Below are positions 1-10,416 of a stretch of 20,000 nucleotides of DNA, piece by piece. Origin of the DNA: Chiloscyllium plagiosum (Eukaryota); assembly GCF_004010195.1 (NCBI RefSeq), contig NC_057728.1:53904825-53924824 (forward strand), in the 5' to 3' direction. The notes beneath the pieces were generated by a model. The model ran no database searches. It was not told the origin of the DNA and was given only the letters and a program-made list of their open reading frames with translations. Position 1 is the stretch's first letter; every line of letters starts with the position of its first letter. The position numbers and the translations under genes were made by a program.

Positions 1-471
1 TGTAGCGCGCTAAATGCATCATTTGATTAAGTACAAAGAAACTATTGAGAAAATACTGCACAGAAAAGCATAGGATTTTTAGGGATCTTGGAGCATAGAC
101 AAATATCTGTGAAGGAAGCCAGACTGGAGAAAACTGGTGGACACGTAACAATTCAAGTCAGCAACACTACAAGTGAAACAATGAGACTTGTTTTTGGGAA
201 CATATAATAAACAAGAAAACTCTCTCTCTCTCTCTCTGCTCCAGAGCTGAACCATGAACACACATTGAGAACAACCACCTTAGGACACAATAATGGTTAA
301 ATTTATATTAAATTAAGTTTGAAAAATGAGATGTTCTAAATACATTTTACTGGACTGAGTGTATAGTTTTTTAAAAATCTTATTTGATAGAGTATTCAAT
401 TATATTTTTAAGATGATTTAAATATTGTGTGCAAATTCAAAGTAGAATAGCCATGGCTTACTATATTTGAT

Positions 472-662
472 GAGGGTTGGTTATCTCAGTTGGCTGATTG
501 CAGAGTAGTGCCAATAACATGAGTTCAATTCCCATAACGTCTGAGGTTATTGTGAAGGAATCTGCTTCTCAGTTTCTATCCTTGTCTGAGACTCAGGTTG
601 AACCACCACCAGTTATCTCTCTCTAATGAGAGAGCAGGACTATGATGACTTTAGTTTTACTA
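472..662 (+). mobile_element. Degenerate tRNA-derived SINE
   Basis: A-box-like TATCTCAGTTGG (~482-493), B-box-like GAGTTCAATTCCC (~521-533), 3' hairpin CTCTCTC-TAAT-GAGAGAG and ACTTTAG/TTTTAC-type tail. Family recalled from shark repeats, not verified. Confidence 0.6.
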
Positions 663-691
663 GTTTTGATGTTCAGTGATACATTTTGCCA

Positions 692-850
692 GTGTCTAGG
701 TAAATAAAAGAAATTGGATGATAGGGCCTGGTTTTCGGTCCTTCAGGTATGCATTGGTGATTATAGGAAAGAAACAAAGAAAGGGCTTAGTTTTTTTAGT
801 AATGTCACCCATGACCTCAGCATTCTTGAAAGCATTTAACAGCCAATCAA
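692..850 (+). repeat. Copy 1 of a ~160-bp local direct duplication (copy 2 at 1701-1859)
   Basis: By-eye alignment: TCTAGGTRAATAAAAGAAATTGGATGATAGGG...GTCACCCATGACCTCAGCATTCYTGAAAGCATTTAACAGCCAAT in both copies, roughly 85-90% identical, offset 1009 bp. Confidence 0.9.
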
Positions 851-1554
851 TAACATAATTTCAAGTTGATTATTGTGATAACTATTCATAAGCAATCATT
901 AAAAAGTTGCAGTCTCATGTTAGCATCCTTTTGAGTCCAAATCTAGATAACCATATCCTAAAATTTTATGTTAGGATACTAAACACTGACATTGGTAAAT
1001 TTAAAAGTTACTGTCATAATATGGCTATAGATATATTCTATGCTGAGATAATTTTGCTGATTTGAAAATGGAGGGAAGGACAATTTATTGCAGGACACAG
1101 GCTTTAGCTGGTAAAACTGATCAAGTTCCTTTCATGGTCTGAAAGTTCTCATAGATGAGGTTTTAAATGAACAATACACCAGGCTGGATAGGTTTAGCTT
1201 GTTATGGGGTAAAGGCAGTGGAGCGAGTAACACTGTAACCTCTTAATTATAACCATGAACGCGACTCAGAACCATGACTGCCATAAAGCTGCTACATAAA
1301 GGTGCTAGATTAATGTAAATTCTTCCTTTTAGATTGGAGACCTTATTCCTTTAACCTTGCACTGTTATACGCTAAAACATTGAGTAACTGTCTGAATTTT
1401 TTTTTGCAATAATTCTAAGTGGCTGCTGTTTCCAAGGCACCTGGGATTACCTAGAGTTTAAATCAGATGCAGAAATTACCTTTGATTTCAAATGAATTTT
1501 TGTGGGGGAAGAAGGAAACAATGGGTGTAAAAATGTTGGAATGTTTGTGAAGCG

Positions 1555-1692
1555 CACAGATGTTGAGTGGGTGCGTGTGTGGGTGAGTGCGAGAGCACGT
1601 TGATGAGGAGGTGACAAGTGTGTGGGCAAAGTGGTGACAGTACGTGGAAGAGAGGGGAGCAGAGTGTTCACTGAGTGGGTGAGTGGGTGGCA
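1555..1692. repeat. GT/GAGT-rich low-complexity tract
   Basis: Degenerate (GT)n, GAGTGGGT and GTGACA motifs. Confidence 0.7.
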
Positions 1693-1700
1693 TTATGCTC

Positions 1701-1859
1701 GTATCTAGGTGAATAAAAGAAATTGGATGATAGGGACTGGCTTTCAGTCCTTCAGGTATTCATTGTTGAATATGGGAAAGAAACAAAGAAAGGACTTGAG
1801 ATTTTTTGAAACGTCACCCATGACCTCAGCATTCCTGAAAGCATTTAACAGCCAATTAA
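1701..1859 (+). repeat. Copy 2 of the ~160-bp local direct duplication
   Basis: Aligns to 692-850. Confidence 0.9.
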
Positions 1860-2168
1860 GCATTTTCAAAGTAGAGTCACTGTTATAAACCCAGTGAAAG
1901 GGTACATGTAAAGTACACATAGCAAAACCAACCATCAGCAATGACACAACAACATAAAGTAATCTATTATTTTACTAATGGTGGTGCAGGAATAAATCTT
2001 GGTTACACTCTCTCTCTCTCTGTCTCTCGATTTGGTGCCATAGGATCTTGGCAACGGAGACATTTGTTTGAGATTTTACCCGAAAGATGAGAAAGCCACA
2101 AGGAGTCTCAGTCTAAATTTTTCTGTTCAAGTCTCTGATGTTGGGCTTGAATCCTCAGCAAAGGCACC
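1785..2168 (-). mobile_element. Old Deu-domain SINE (SacSINE1/AmnSINE1-like) with L2-type tail
   Basis: Minus-strand B-box (plus strand TCAAGTCTCTGATGTTGGGCTTGAATC, ~2127-2153), Deu-like core (GTGCCATAGGATCTT, CCCGAAAGATG, GGAATAAATCTTGG, CAGCAATGA) and L2-like tail (ACAGCCAAT...GTCACTGTT). Recognised from memory of the family. Confidence 0.65.
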
Positions 2169-2239
2169 AAAAAATAATTTGTGTTTATACAGTGCCTCTT
2201 AATGTTTTTAAAAGTTAACCACCACCAAACCACCACCAA

Positions 2240-2611
2240 ACCACCACCTGACGCCTGGAGGAGGAACGCCTCATGTTCCGCCTTGGGACCCTGCAACACA
2301 CAGGATAAACATGGATTTCAACAGCTTCCTCATTTTACCTCCCCCCACATTATCCCAGTCCCAAGCCTCCAACTCGGCACTGCCCTCCGGACCCATCCGT
2401 CACTTGCCCCTCTGACCTATCACCTTCTCCCTCACCTTCATCCACCTATTGCTTTCCCAGCACCTTCCCCCCAACCCCACCGCCTCCCATTTATCTCTCA
2501 GCCCTGACCCACAAGCCTCATTCCTGATGAAGGGCTTATGCCCGAAACATTGATTCTCCTGCTCCTCGAATGCTGCCTGACCCGCTGTGCTTTTCCAGCA
2601 CTACACACTCA
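2240..2611 (+). mobile_element. Penelope-like element 3' end (family A): GIY-YIG C-terminal remnant, C-rich 3' UTR and hammerhead motif
   Basis: Translates RLEEERLMFRLGTLQ then (frameshift) INMDFNSF; CTGATGA-A-GGGC-TTAT-GCCC-GAAAC at 2524-2548; homologous to 16169-16576(-), 15901-15989 and 19309-19434. Confidence 0.85.
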
Positions 2612-2687
2612 AAATAAAATGTGATGCCACATAAGTAAAACTGACTGAAACTTGGGTCAAAATGGTTTGTTTTAAAGAATGTCTTAG

Positions 2688-3196
2688 AGTCATAGAGCCA
2701 GACAACACAGAAACAGATCCTTCAGTCCAACTCCTCCATGCCAGCAAGTTTCCCAAACTAAACTCTTCCTACTTGCCTGCATTTAGCCAAAATACCTCTA
2801 AACCTTTGCTGTTCATGTACCTGTTCAATGTCTTTTAAATGTTGTAACTGTACCTGCATCTATCACTTCCTCTGATAGTTTATTCCACAAACAAACCACC
2901 CTCTGTGTGAAAATGTTGCCCCTCAGGTCCCTTTTAAATCTTTCTTCTCTCAACTTAAAAATATGCCCTCTGGTTTTGAACTCCCCTACTCTAGGTAAAA
3001 GACCTTTGCTATTCACTTTATTTATGCCTCTCATGATTTTATAAGCCTCAATAATCCCTCAACCTCCTCCGCTCCAGTGAAAAAAGTCCCAAACTATCCA
3101 GCATCTCCTTATAATCAAACCATCCAGTCGTGATAACATCCTTTCTAAATCTTTTCTGCACGGTCTCAACTTTAATAAATCATCCGATAGTAGAGA
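2688..3196 (-). mobile_element. CR1 (HER1-like) LINE, 5'-truncated; RT C-terminus and 3' UTR
   Basis: ORF 2825-3034(-) KTRGHIFKLREERFKRDLRGNIFTQRVVCLWNKL is the CR1 ORF2 C-terminus; flanking direct repeat GTCTTAG at 2681-2687 and 3197-3203 (candidate TSD). Confidence 0.9.
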
Positions 3197-3433
3197 GTCT
3201 TAGCTTTGCAGGTTAAAGGAAGAGAAAGAGCGAGGAGGTTTAAGGAGGGTATTGCAGCAGCTGAAAGCATGGCCACCAATAGTAAAGTATTTAAAATTCA
3301 GGATCCCTTAGAAGCCAGAATTAAAGAAAGGCAGAGATCTCGGAGAGTTGTACACCTAGAAGGGGTTACCGAGATAAGAAAGGCATTAAGAAAATCCTAC
3401 ATACATTTTCAATTATTAAGAATAACCCCAATG

Positions 3434-3964
3434 TCTGAGTCATGGAGTCATACAGAAGCAGACCATTCAGTCCAACTCATGCTTTCCCACCTAAGCTTGT
3501 CCCATTTGCCTGCATTTGGCCCATATCTCTCTAAACCTTTCCTACCCGTGAATTGGTCCAAATGTCTTTTAAATGTTCTGACTGTCCCTCAATCTATCAC
3601 CTCCTCTGACAGTTCATTCCACATAAGAACCACCCTCTGTGTAATAAAGTTACCCCTTATATACCTTTTAAATTTTTCCTCTCTCACCTTAAAGCCATGC
3701 CCTCCAGTTTTGAACTCCTCTATCCGAGGGAAAAGACCTTTGCTATTTACCTTTTCTGTATCCCTAATGATCTTATAAATTTCTATGAGGTCATCTATCA
3801 ACGTCCTATGCTCCAGTGAATAAATTCCCAGCTTATCCAGCTTCTCCTTGTAACTCAACCTTTCCAGTCCCAGTAACATCCTGGTAAATCTTTTCTGTAT
3901 ACTTTCTAGTTTAGCAACGTCCTTCCTATAGCAGAGCGACCAGAATTGTATGCAGTACCTCAGA
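3434..3964 (-). mobile_element. CR1 (HER1-like) LINE, 5'-truncated
   Basis: ORF 3589-3999(-) YCIQFWSLCYRKDVAKLESIQKRFTRMLLGLERLSYKEKLDKLGIYSLE...GNFITQRVVLMWNEL; same family as 2688-3196. Confidence 0.92.
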
Positions 3965-4759
3965 GGTGAGCATGTTACCAACTGAACCAGATGATGCATG
4001 TAGCTGCAATTCGAACTAAACTACTTTCATTTCGCAAAGTGAAACATTTGGGATGAAATTACATTAACACTCTTGGATTTGCAATGCATTACTGCAATGA
4101 TAATAGTTGAGCAAAGGGACATTCTTTATATTTACCAATGCTGCTCTGTATAGTGTGGTAAGACACTCCAAGCAGATTTTGTAATTCTGGGCTGAATTGG
4201 CTCCATGTCAGTCTCATCGAATTTCATGGAGGATTTCTTTCCATGAGATCTAGTACATTTTCTTGCGCAATCATCCCAAATTCATCCCACCACCCATGCA
4301 CCATACCCTCATGACACACCTCTCATCTGATGCTGGCCAAATTTTCCCATTCGCCAAAGGGGATGGATGGAAACACTGGTGACTACTGGGACTTTCCAGG
4401 ATTCCTTGTACTGGCACCATCTTTGAATACCTGCCACACACCCAACCAGGCACTGAGAGTCCAGAGTCCCCCTTCACTGTCAACCAATTGGCACAGAAGC
4501 TAGACACCAATGCCTTTTGCAGCTGGTAGGTGGCATGGCGGGCACTTCCTTGTACATGCAGTTGTGCGTTCCAATCACTGTTTAAGGATCAGGCTACACA
4601 GCTTACCTGTTCTTAGCCACATTCTCTCTCACCAGCCTCTGTGTCGCTGCTACTCTGTCTCCACTGCTCATTATAGCCCAGCATCTTCTCACTGCTCAAG
4701 GTGGGACCATCACCCATTGTCCAGCAGATACTGAGCAGCCTGCTCGGGGAGAGGTTGGA

Positions 4760-6020
4760 GCTAAACTGTTTGCGTCATGAGTACAGGAGCATCAGAGTTC
4801 AAAGCTCTCTGGGCCACTTCCTGCAGATGAGTGAGGTGCAAGCTGGGGATGTCCCAGGACACTGTGACAGAACTGTACCCAGTTGCTGGAGTGGGACCTG
4901 CAGCGTGAAGGAGTGGGTGGCCACCCTATCCCAGTGGCTGTCTGTCACACTGACTGCTGTGTTGAATTTTAACGGAACTGACTTACAGAGTGGGGTCTCC
5001 CAGACCTTGACCATTAAGTGTATTAAAGCAGTCACTAATAACATTTAGACCATCCCATTTCCCCAAGACAAGGTCAGTGCTCCTGTCCGGTTGAAGGCTT
5101 TGCCAACACAGCCAGCAACCCCCAGGGGCAGAGGCAATAGATTGTGTACACATCACACTGAGAAGGCCATATCATATCACAGCTGAGTTCATCAATAGAA
5201 AATCCAGAAATCAATGTGCAAGTGATTTCTGGTCATCAGTACTTTTTCTTCAATATTTGTGCATGGTATCCTGAGAGCTGCCAATGTGCCTGTATCTTGA
5301 GAATACTCATGTTCCTGCTTCATTTCAAGGACTAGATGCCACACAAAGTTGAAGGGCAAGGTTTACCCTCTGTCACCATGGCCAATGACCCCATTATGCA
5401 ATCCTTGACTGAGGCCAAGTTCGATACAATTAGATTAGATTACCTACAGAGTGGAAACAGGACCTTCAGCCCAACAAGTCCACACCGACCCTCTGGAGAG
5501 TAACCTACCCAAACCCATTTCCCTCTGACTAATGCACCTAACACTACGGGCAATATAGAATGGCCAAATCACCTGACCTGCACATCTTTGGACTGTGGGA
5601 GGACATCAGAGCACCCGGATGAAACCCACGCAGACACGGGGAGAATGTGCAAACTCCACACAGACAGTCGCCTGAGGCTGGAATCAAACCTGGTCCCTGG
5701 TGCTGAGACAGCAGTGCTAACCACTAAGCCACCGTGCCGCCCTATCCTTTAACCAGGGCCTTGCTGGAGCAGGCAATAGGCCTCCTGAAGATGACGTTAT
5801 GCTGCTTGGACTAATGTGGTTGGGCCCCACATTTCTCAAGACAGAGTGCACTACATAATCCTAGCAAGCTCTGCCCCGCATAACTGAAGAAGGCAAAGAG
5901 AAGATGTAATTTCAAAAATGCAAATAAAAATACAAAAATGAGAAGTTGTGATGAAGGCTGATGAGCTGTGAGCGTGGCAGCAGTCTTTCAAAGAGGAGGA
6001 TGAGGACATTGATCGCCCGA
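4760..6020 (+). pseudogene. Harbinger/HARBI1-type DDE transposase relic, frameshifted and interrupted by an HE1 SINE
   Basis: Colinear motifs across frames: FLQMSEVQ; GGHPIPVAV/TLTAVLNF; GVSQ..KCIKAVT; AIDCVHITLRRP (5134-); FINRK..INVQVI..NICAWYPES; GKVYPLSPWPMTPLCNP (decayed GDxGYP); after the SINE, TRALLEQAIGLLKM..CLD (E at 5767-5769) and IILASSAPHN; acidic tail. Confidence 0.88.
5431..5742 (-). mobile_element. HE1-type V-SINE
   Basis: Reverse complement starts GGGCGGCACGGTGGCTTAGTGGTTAGCACTGCTG (A box) with GGTTTGATTCC (B box), V-domain GTGTGGAGTTTGCACATTCTCCCCGTGTCTGCGTGGGTTTC and (AATCT)n tail. Confidence 0.93.
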
Positions 6021-6569
6021 TGAACGATACAATGCAGCAGTGTCAGGTGCTACAAGTCCTACAGGACAAAACTAACATTTGATTCCTATAGGTGAGGGCT
6101 GGGTGCAGTGATCATTCATTGTCGATAAATTGTTGATGATAAACGTTGAAGTTTATTTCTGACCTGGAACGCAACTGCAGCTTCTAATTTTTTAATTTCT
6201 GTTCATTTTTGATGTGGATGAGTAAACATGTCTGTTCAGATCAGTTCGAAGTCCCCCCTGTTTGTGATGGTGGTCAAGGGCCTGCTGGTGCGTTTGTTCC
6301 TGTTGCGTATCTCTGTGCCCTTTTGCATCGCAACATCAGGTGACAAAAACACCTTCGGTAGTTTTATAGTGAGGCTGTATGGGGAACATAATGAACAGAA
6401 CATGTCCTTAGTAACTCACTCACAAAATGACTGCTTTGCATTCTCTTCCACACAGCGGGACATGGAACACTCCAGCGAGGAGGTTCATAGAATGACCTTC
6501 ATTGAACCTGCTGGACTGACCTTGACCTATTCCCCAGACTGGAGAAAGACGGAGCCCCAGACCCTGATC

Positions 6570-6860
6570 AGCCAACTGACTGTGTCCTAGCCGCTGTACT
6601 GTTGCTGATATGAGATTGACTGTACGTAGATTCCCAGACCAATGATAGTCTTCCTTGACTTGATGAAGGGCTATTCCCCTTTGACTTTGAAACACAGTCA
6701 CTTGGTTGAATCAAGTGCAGTGTGTTTGCCAAGTCAGCTGCTGGCACATGGTGCAGGTGGGAAATTGATGTAGCCACACAGAAAGATGCCCACTGTATTG
6801 ATTGGTGGCAGCCATGACGAGATGTCTGGCTTTGTGTCTGCATCAGAAAGGTGAGACAAG
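6570..6860 (-). pseudogene. Possible Myb/SANT-like second ORF relic of the Harbinger element
   Basis: Convergent to the transposase, a layout seen in Harbingers; fragments HLSDAD..LV and LVWES..SNSTAART loosely resemble the trihelix FSD.E..LV / AWE.IA..RT pattern. Weak. Confidence 0.3.
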
Positions 6861-7180
6861 ACAGAAGTACTATGAGCCTTTAAGGTCTGGCTGAGGGGAG
6901 AAAGGTGCAAAAAGGCAACGCGGAGATGCTGCAAGCATCCAGGTAGTTGCAAAGGGTGCACTAAGAGAGAGCACAAGCAACCCTTGGATGGAATAAACAC
7001 AAATTTAGACTGGTCTGTACCATGAGTGGGATTCCTGACTCTGTGTACAAAGTGGCCCTCCCAGCGGCATTGCAATGAGAGATGCCAGTGCACTCCAAAC
7101 TAAAACATATTTTATGTGGACTGGAGATATGTCATGATGATACAATGAGCCTGGTACATGTCAGGGATGGCAGTGTCTGT

Positions 7181-7226
7181 GGGTCAGCTCCATGGGCTGC
7201 ACAGTTGCTGCCCATGGAGCTGACCC
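7181..7226. repeat. Perfect 17-bp inverted repeat (hairpin)
   Basis: GGGTCAGCTCCATGGGC (7181-7197) is the exact reverse complement of GCCCATGGAGCTGACCC (7210-7226); 12-nt spacer. Confidence 0.95.
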
Positions 7227-7914
7227 TGTGATGTTGGTGCTAGAGATCCAGAGGAGCAAAGCAGTCAACTGGAATGGCTCTGACTTTCATGTTGGGAATT
7301 CTCAACGTCTAGTTTCTACTGAGAGGTTGGGAACAAATATATTAATGAGGAGAGACCAATAATGAGGGTGATAGTGAGTGATAATCCCTGTTAATAGGCC
7401 TCTCACTGCTCACTAGGTGGAAATCCAGGACTTGGCTGGTAAATGCGCCTTATTGGTCTCAGCATCGAGAAGGGTTTTGCTAAGCATCACATACAATTTT
7501 CTCAAATCCCTCACCATGACCAACATCGTTCAGAGTTTAGTTGCACTGACATAAATGTAGGAAGTTGGGATAATCAAATTGCACCCCTCGGGGACAGCTT
7601 GCTGATGAAAAGAAAAAAGATCTTTCAATTAGCTTCTCAAAAGTTGCCGTTGCTAATGAATTACTCTTGATGCACAGTCATTGGTGTAACAAGGGCAAAC
7701 TCAGCAGGACAATTCTCATACAGTGAGTGAATCTCTGAATCAACTCTTTCATGTCCTATATTGATTTGAACGGAAAAATGGATCCTGGCTAAATATTCCA
7801 AACTTCTTTGAAAATGAAATCTATATTTAAGAAGTGGAAATCTTTCTCCTATGTCTCTGTCATTCCCTCATTAATTTTTTTCCACCTTATGTACTTGGAT
7901 CAGGGTGTGGTGCT

Positions 7915-8130
7915 GCTGTACTCAGGTCAGTGATCAGAAACCAGTGTGCTTGGGTCAGGGGGCAGAGCCTACTAAGCTCATGTTGGAGGTCAGCAGACAG
8001 GGCCCATTGATTCAGGTCAGGGGTCAGAAACCTCCATAATTGGGTCAGAGGTCAGAGCCCTGTGCTCAGGTCAGGGCAGAGGTAGGGCACGGCCTGCTGT
8101 GCTCAAGTTGGAGGTCAGAGATCAGGACCA
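7915..8130 (+). repeat. Degenerate ~28-bp minisatellite built on RGGTCA-g-RGGTCA
   Basis: Unit cores start at 7924, 7952, 7980, 8014, 8042, 8068 and 8105 (spacing 28, 28, 34, 28, 26, 37). Confidence 0.75.
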
Positions 8131-8182
8131 AAGGCAGTTTTGGGAGATTGGGCAAGGAGCAACACCAGGGCCCTTGATTGTT

Positions 8183-8293
8183 AAAACCAAAACAGAGACT
8201 GCTGAGAAACTCAACAGTATTTACAAAGAGAGAAGCAGAGTTAACGTTTGGAACACAGTGACCCTTCTTCAGATTTCTGACCCTAACTCTGTC
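8183..8293 (-). mobile_element. Penelope-type terminus (family B) with decayed hammerhead motif and a truncated inverted copy
   Basis: Minus strand reads CTGAAGA-AGGGTCACTGTGTTC-CAAACGTTAACTCTG; homologous to 9233-9332; followed on plus strand by the remnant TCTGA..TAACTCTG. Confidence 0.65.
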
Positions 8294-8649
8294 TAGGACA
8301 TTATGCTGAGGGACTCCTCTATTAACATCCTGGGGCTTATATGACTGACTTCCAACAATCACAATTATCTATCTCTATGCCTGGTATGACTAACCAATTG
8401 AGAGATTTCCCCGATTCCCCTTTGACTCCAGTTATGCTAGGGTTCCTTGATGCCATATTTGGTCAAATGCAGTCTTCATGTCAAGGGCAGTCGCTCTCAC
8501 CTCCCCTCTGTAATTCAGCTTCTTTGTCTACATTTGAACCAATATGTTCAGAAGCTGATTGGGCCTGGCAGTACCTGGCGCACCCAAACTAGGTGTTAGT
8601 CAATAGAGTATTGCCTTGCGTATACAATAACCCGTATACTTTATACACA

Positions 8650-8802
8650 GGGACATTTAAGCACTTGCTGGACATGCACATGGACAGTAGTGAATTGAGG
8701 GTGCGTAGGTAAGGTTATTTTGTTTTTCATTAGGACTAATCCTCGGCACAACATCGTAAGCCGAAGGGCCTGTTCTGTGCTGTACGTTTCTATGTTCTAT
8801 AT
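8650..8802 (+). mobile_element. CR1 LINE 3' UTR fragment
   Basis: CATTTAAGCACTTGCTGGACATGCACATGGA...GCCGAAGGGCCTGTTCTGTGCTGTA followed by a (TTCTATG)n tail. Confidence 0.8.
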
Positions 8803-9407
8803 CATTCTCAATGGATGAGTGGAGCAGTGTTCCAGCTGACCACATGATGGCGACACTCAGCTCCTTCATAGGGATTGGGGGAATACACAGGAAGTAGGTC
8901 ACTCAGCTCAAAAGGTCTCTTCACCATTCAGTAGCTGTCATGATTTTACTTTGCTGCCTATTCACTTGACTCCTTTGTAAATCAAAAATCTATCCAAATC
9001 ACCCTTGAATATATTGAACAACCCATTCTCCAATAACTGAGTGAAAATAAATATTTCCTCATCTGAATCCCAAGTATGGGATCAAAGACTTTCAAACGGT
9101 GGCTCCTGGTTTCAGATGCCTCCATAATGCTACTCAGCATTAACCTTGTCAGGACCCCTCAGGATCTTATACATTTCAACGAGGTTATCTCCTACTTCTA
9201 AATTATAGAAATACCAAAGAAATGCTGGAAATCAAAAACAAAAACAGAAATTGCTGGGAAAACTCAACAGGTCTGGCAGCATCTGTGGAGAAAAAGCAGT
9301 GTTAATATTTCAGGTGCAGTGACACTTTCTGAGATGCTTGTTCTGACAAATGGTCAATGGATCCAAGATGTTAACTTTGCTTTCGCTCCACAGATGCTGC
9401 CAGACCT

Positions 9408-10416
9408 AGAATCATACAGTCATACTGTTGTACAGTTTGGACACAGATCCTTTGGTCCAACTCGTCTCTGCTGACCAGATATCCTAAATTAGTCTAGCCC
9501 CATTTGCCAGCATTTGGCCCATGTCCCTCTAAACAGTGGGTGGCACGGTGGCACAGTGGTTAGCACTGCTGCCTCACAGCGCCAGAGACATGGGTTCAAT
9601 TCCCGCCTCAGGCGACTCTCTGTGTGGAGTTTGCACATTCTCCACATGTCTGCATGGATTTCCTCCGGGTGCTCTGGTTTCCTTCCACAATCCAAAAATG
9701 TGCAGGTTAGGTGGATTGGCCATGCTAAATTGCCCGTAGTGTTAGGTGAAGGAGTAAAAGTTGGGGAATGGGTCTGGGTGGGTTACGCTTCGGCGGGTTG
9801 GTGTGGACTTGTTGGGCCGAAGGGCCTGTTTTCACACTGTAAGTAATCTAATCTAAACCCTTCCTATTCATATATCCATCCAGATGCCTTTTAAATGTTG
9901 TAATTGTACCAGCCTCCACCACTTCCTCTGTCAACTCAATCCACATATGCACCACCCTCTGCATGAAAACGTTGCCCCTCAGGTCTCTTTTAAATCTTTC
10001 CCCTCTCACCTAGTTTTGGACTACCCCACCCCGGGAAAAAAGACTTTAGCTATTCACCCTATCCATGCCCATCATGATTTTATAAACCTCCATAAGGTCA
10101 CTCCTCAGCATCAGATGTACTGTGGAAAATAACCCCAGCCTATTCAGACTCTCCCTAGAGGCGAAAACCTCCAACCACATCACCATCCTTGTAAATCTTT
10201 TCTGAACCCTTTCAAGTGTAACAACATCTTTCCTGTAGCAGGGAGACCAAAACTGAACGCTGTATTCCAAACGTTGCCTTACCAATATCCTGTACAGCCA
10301 CAACATAACATCTGAACTACAATATTCAATGCACTGACCAATAAAGACAAGTCTTCTTCATTAACCTTCACTACCTGCGACTCCACCTTCAAGGAACTGT
10401 GAACCTGCACTCCAAT
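9408..10416 (-). mobile_element. CR1 (HER1-like) LINE, 5'-truncated, interrupted by an HE1 SINE
   Basis: ORF 10046-10306(-) LYRILVRQRLEYSVQFWSPCYRKDVVTLERVQKRFTRM..LNRLGLFS..DLMEVYKIM; 3' UTR homologous to 2688 and 3434 copies. Confidence 0.92.
9535..9851 (+). mobile_element. HE1-type V-SINE with TSD
   Basis: A box TGGCACAGTGG, B box GGTTCAATTCC, V-domain, (AATCT)n tail; TCTAAAC duplicated at 9528-9534 and 9852-9858. Confidence 0.95.

Larger units (their letters stand above)
2172..3390 (-). mobile_element. Old L2 LINE 3' fragment split by a Penelope and a CR1 insertion (pieces ~2172-2225, 2612-2687, 3204-3390)
   Basis: L2-like tail (TTTATACAGTGCCTCTTAATG), then GGTCAAAATGGTTTGTTTTAAAGAATGTCTT continuing after the CR1 as TTAAAGGAAGAGAAAGAG...GCAGCTGAAAGCATGGCCACCAAT...GCAGAGATCTCGGAGAGTTGTA. 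Confidence 0.6.
4189..7587. mobile_element. Decayed PIF/Harbinger DNA transposon (boundaries approximate)
   Basis: Contains a Harbinger transposase relic; candidate termini GGGCTGAATT (4189) and AATTGCACCCC (~7577-7587) with scattered inverted similarity (ATGTCAGT, CATGG..GGATTT). Confidence 0.6.

Noticed and set aside
49..210. Open frame after TTTTTAG (ILEHRQISVKEARLEK...GNI*) with AATAAA at the stop; possible terminal exon
   Set aside because: No recognisable protein similarity, weak acceptor, and length compatible with chance.
220..237. (CT)n microsatellites (also ~2008-2028) and (ACC)n at ~2218-2249
   Set aside because: Ordinary short simple repeats.
3206..3778. 190-aa plus-strand ORF, the longest in the track
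   Set aside because: Antisense read-through of L2 and CR1 fragments.
5918..5925. Octamer ATGCAAAT
   Set aside because: Isolated, in an A-rich patch of the transposase relic; expected by chance.
7915..8130. Repeat-spacer patterns here and at 17141-17262 as CRISPR-like arrays
   Set aside because: Short degenerate cores, short irregular spacers, no cas genes, vertebrate context.
8254..8290. CACAGTG heptamers (also ~18747) as V(D)J recombination signals
   Set aside because: No ACAAAAACC nonamer at 12 or 23 bp; the first lies inside a repeat.
9535..9612. tRNA-like A and B boxes as tRNA genes
   Set aside because: SINE heads that continue into V-domain and tail; no complete cloverleaf.
9489..9846. 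Recurrent ORFs MDCGRKPEHPEE / GGTVAQWLALLPHS (also at 13333 and 17829)
   Set aside because: Translations of HE1 SINE copies, not a gene family.
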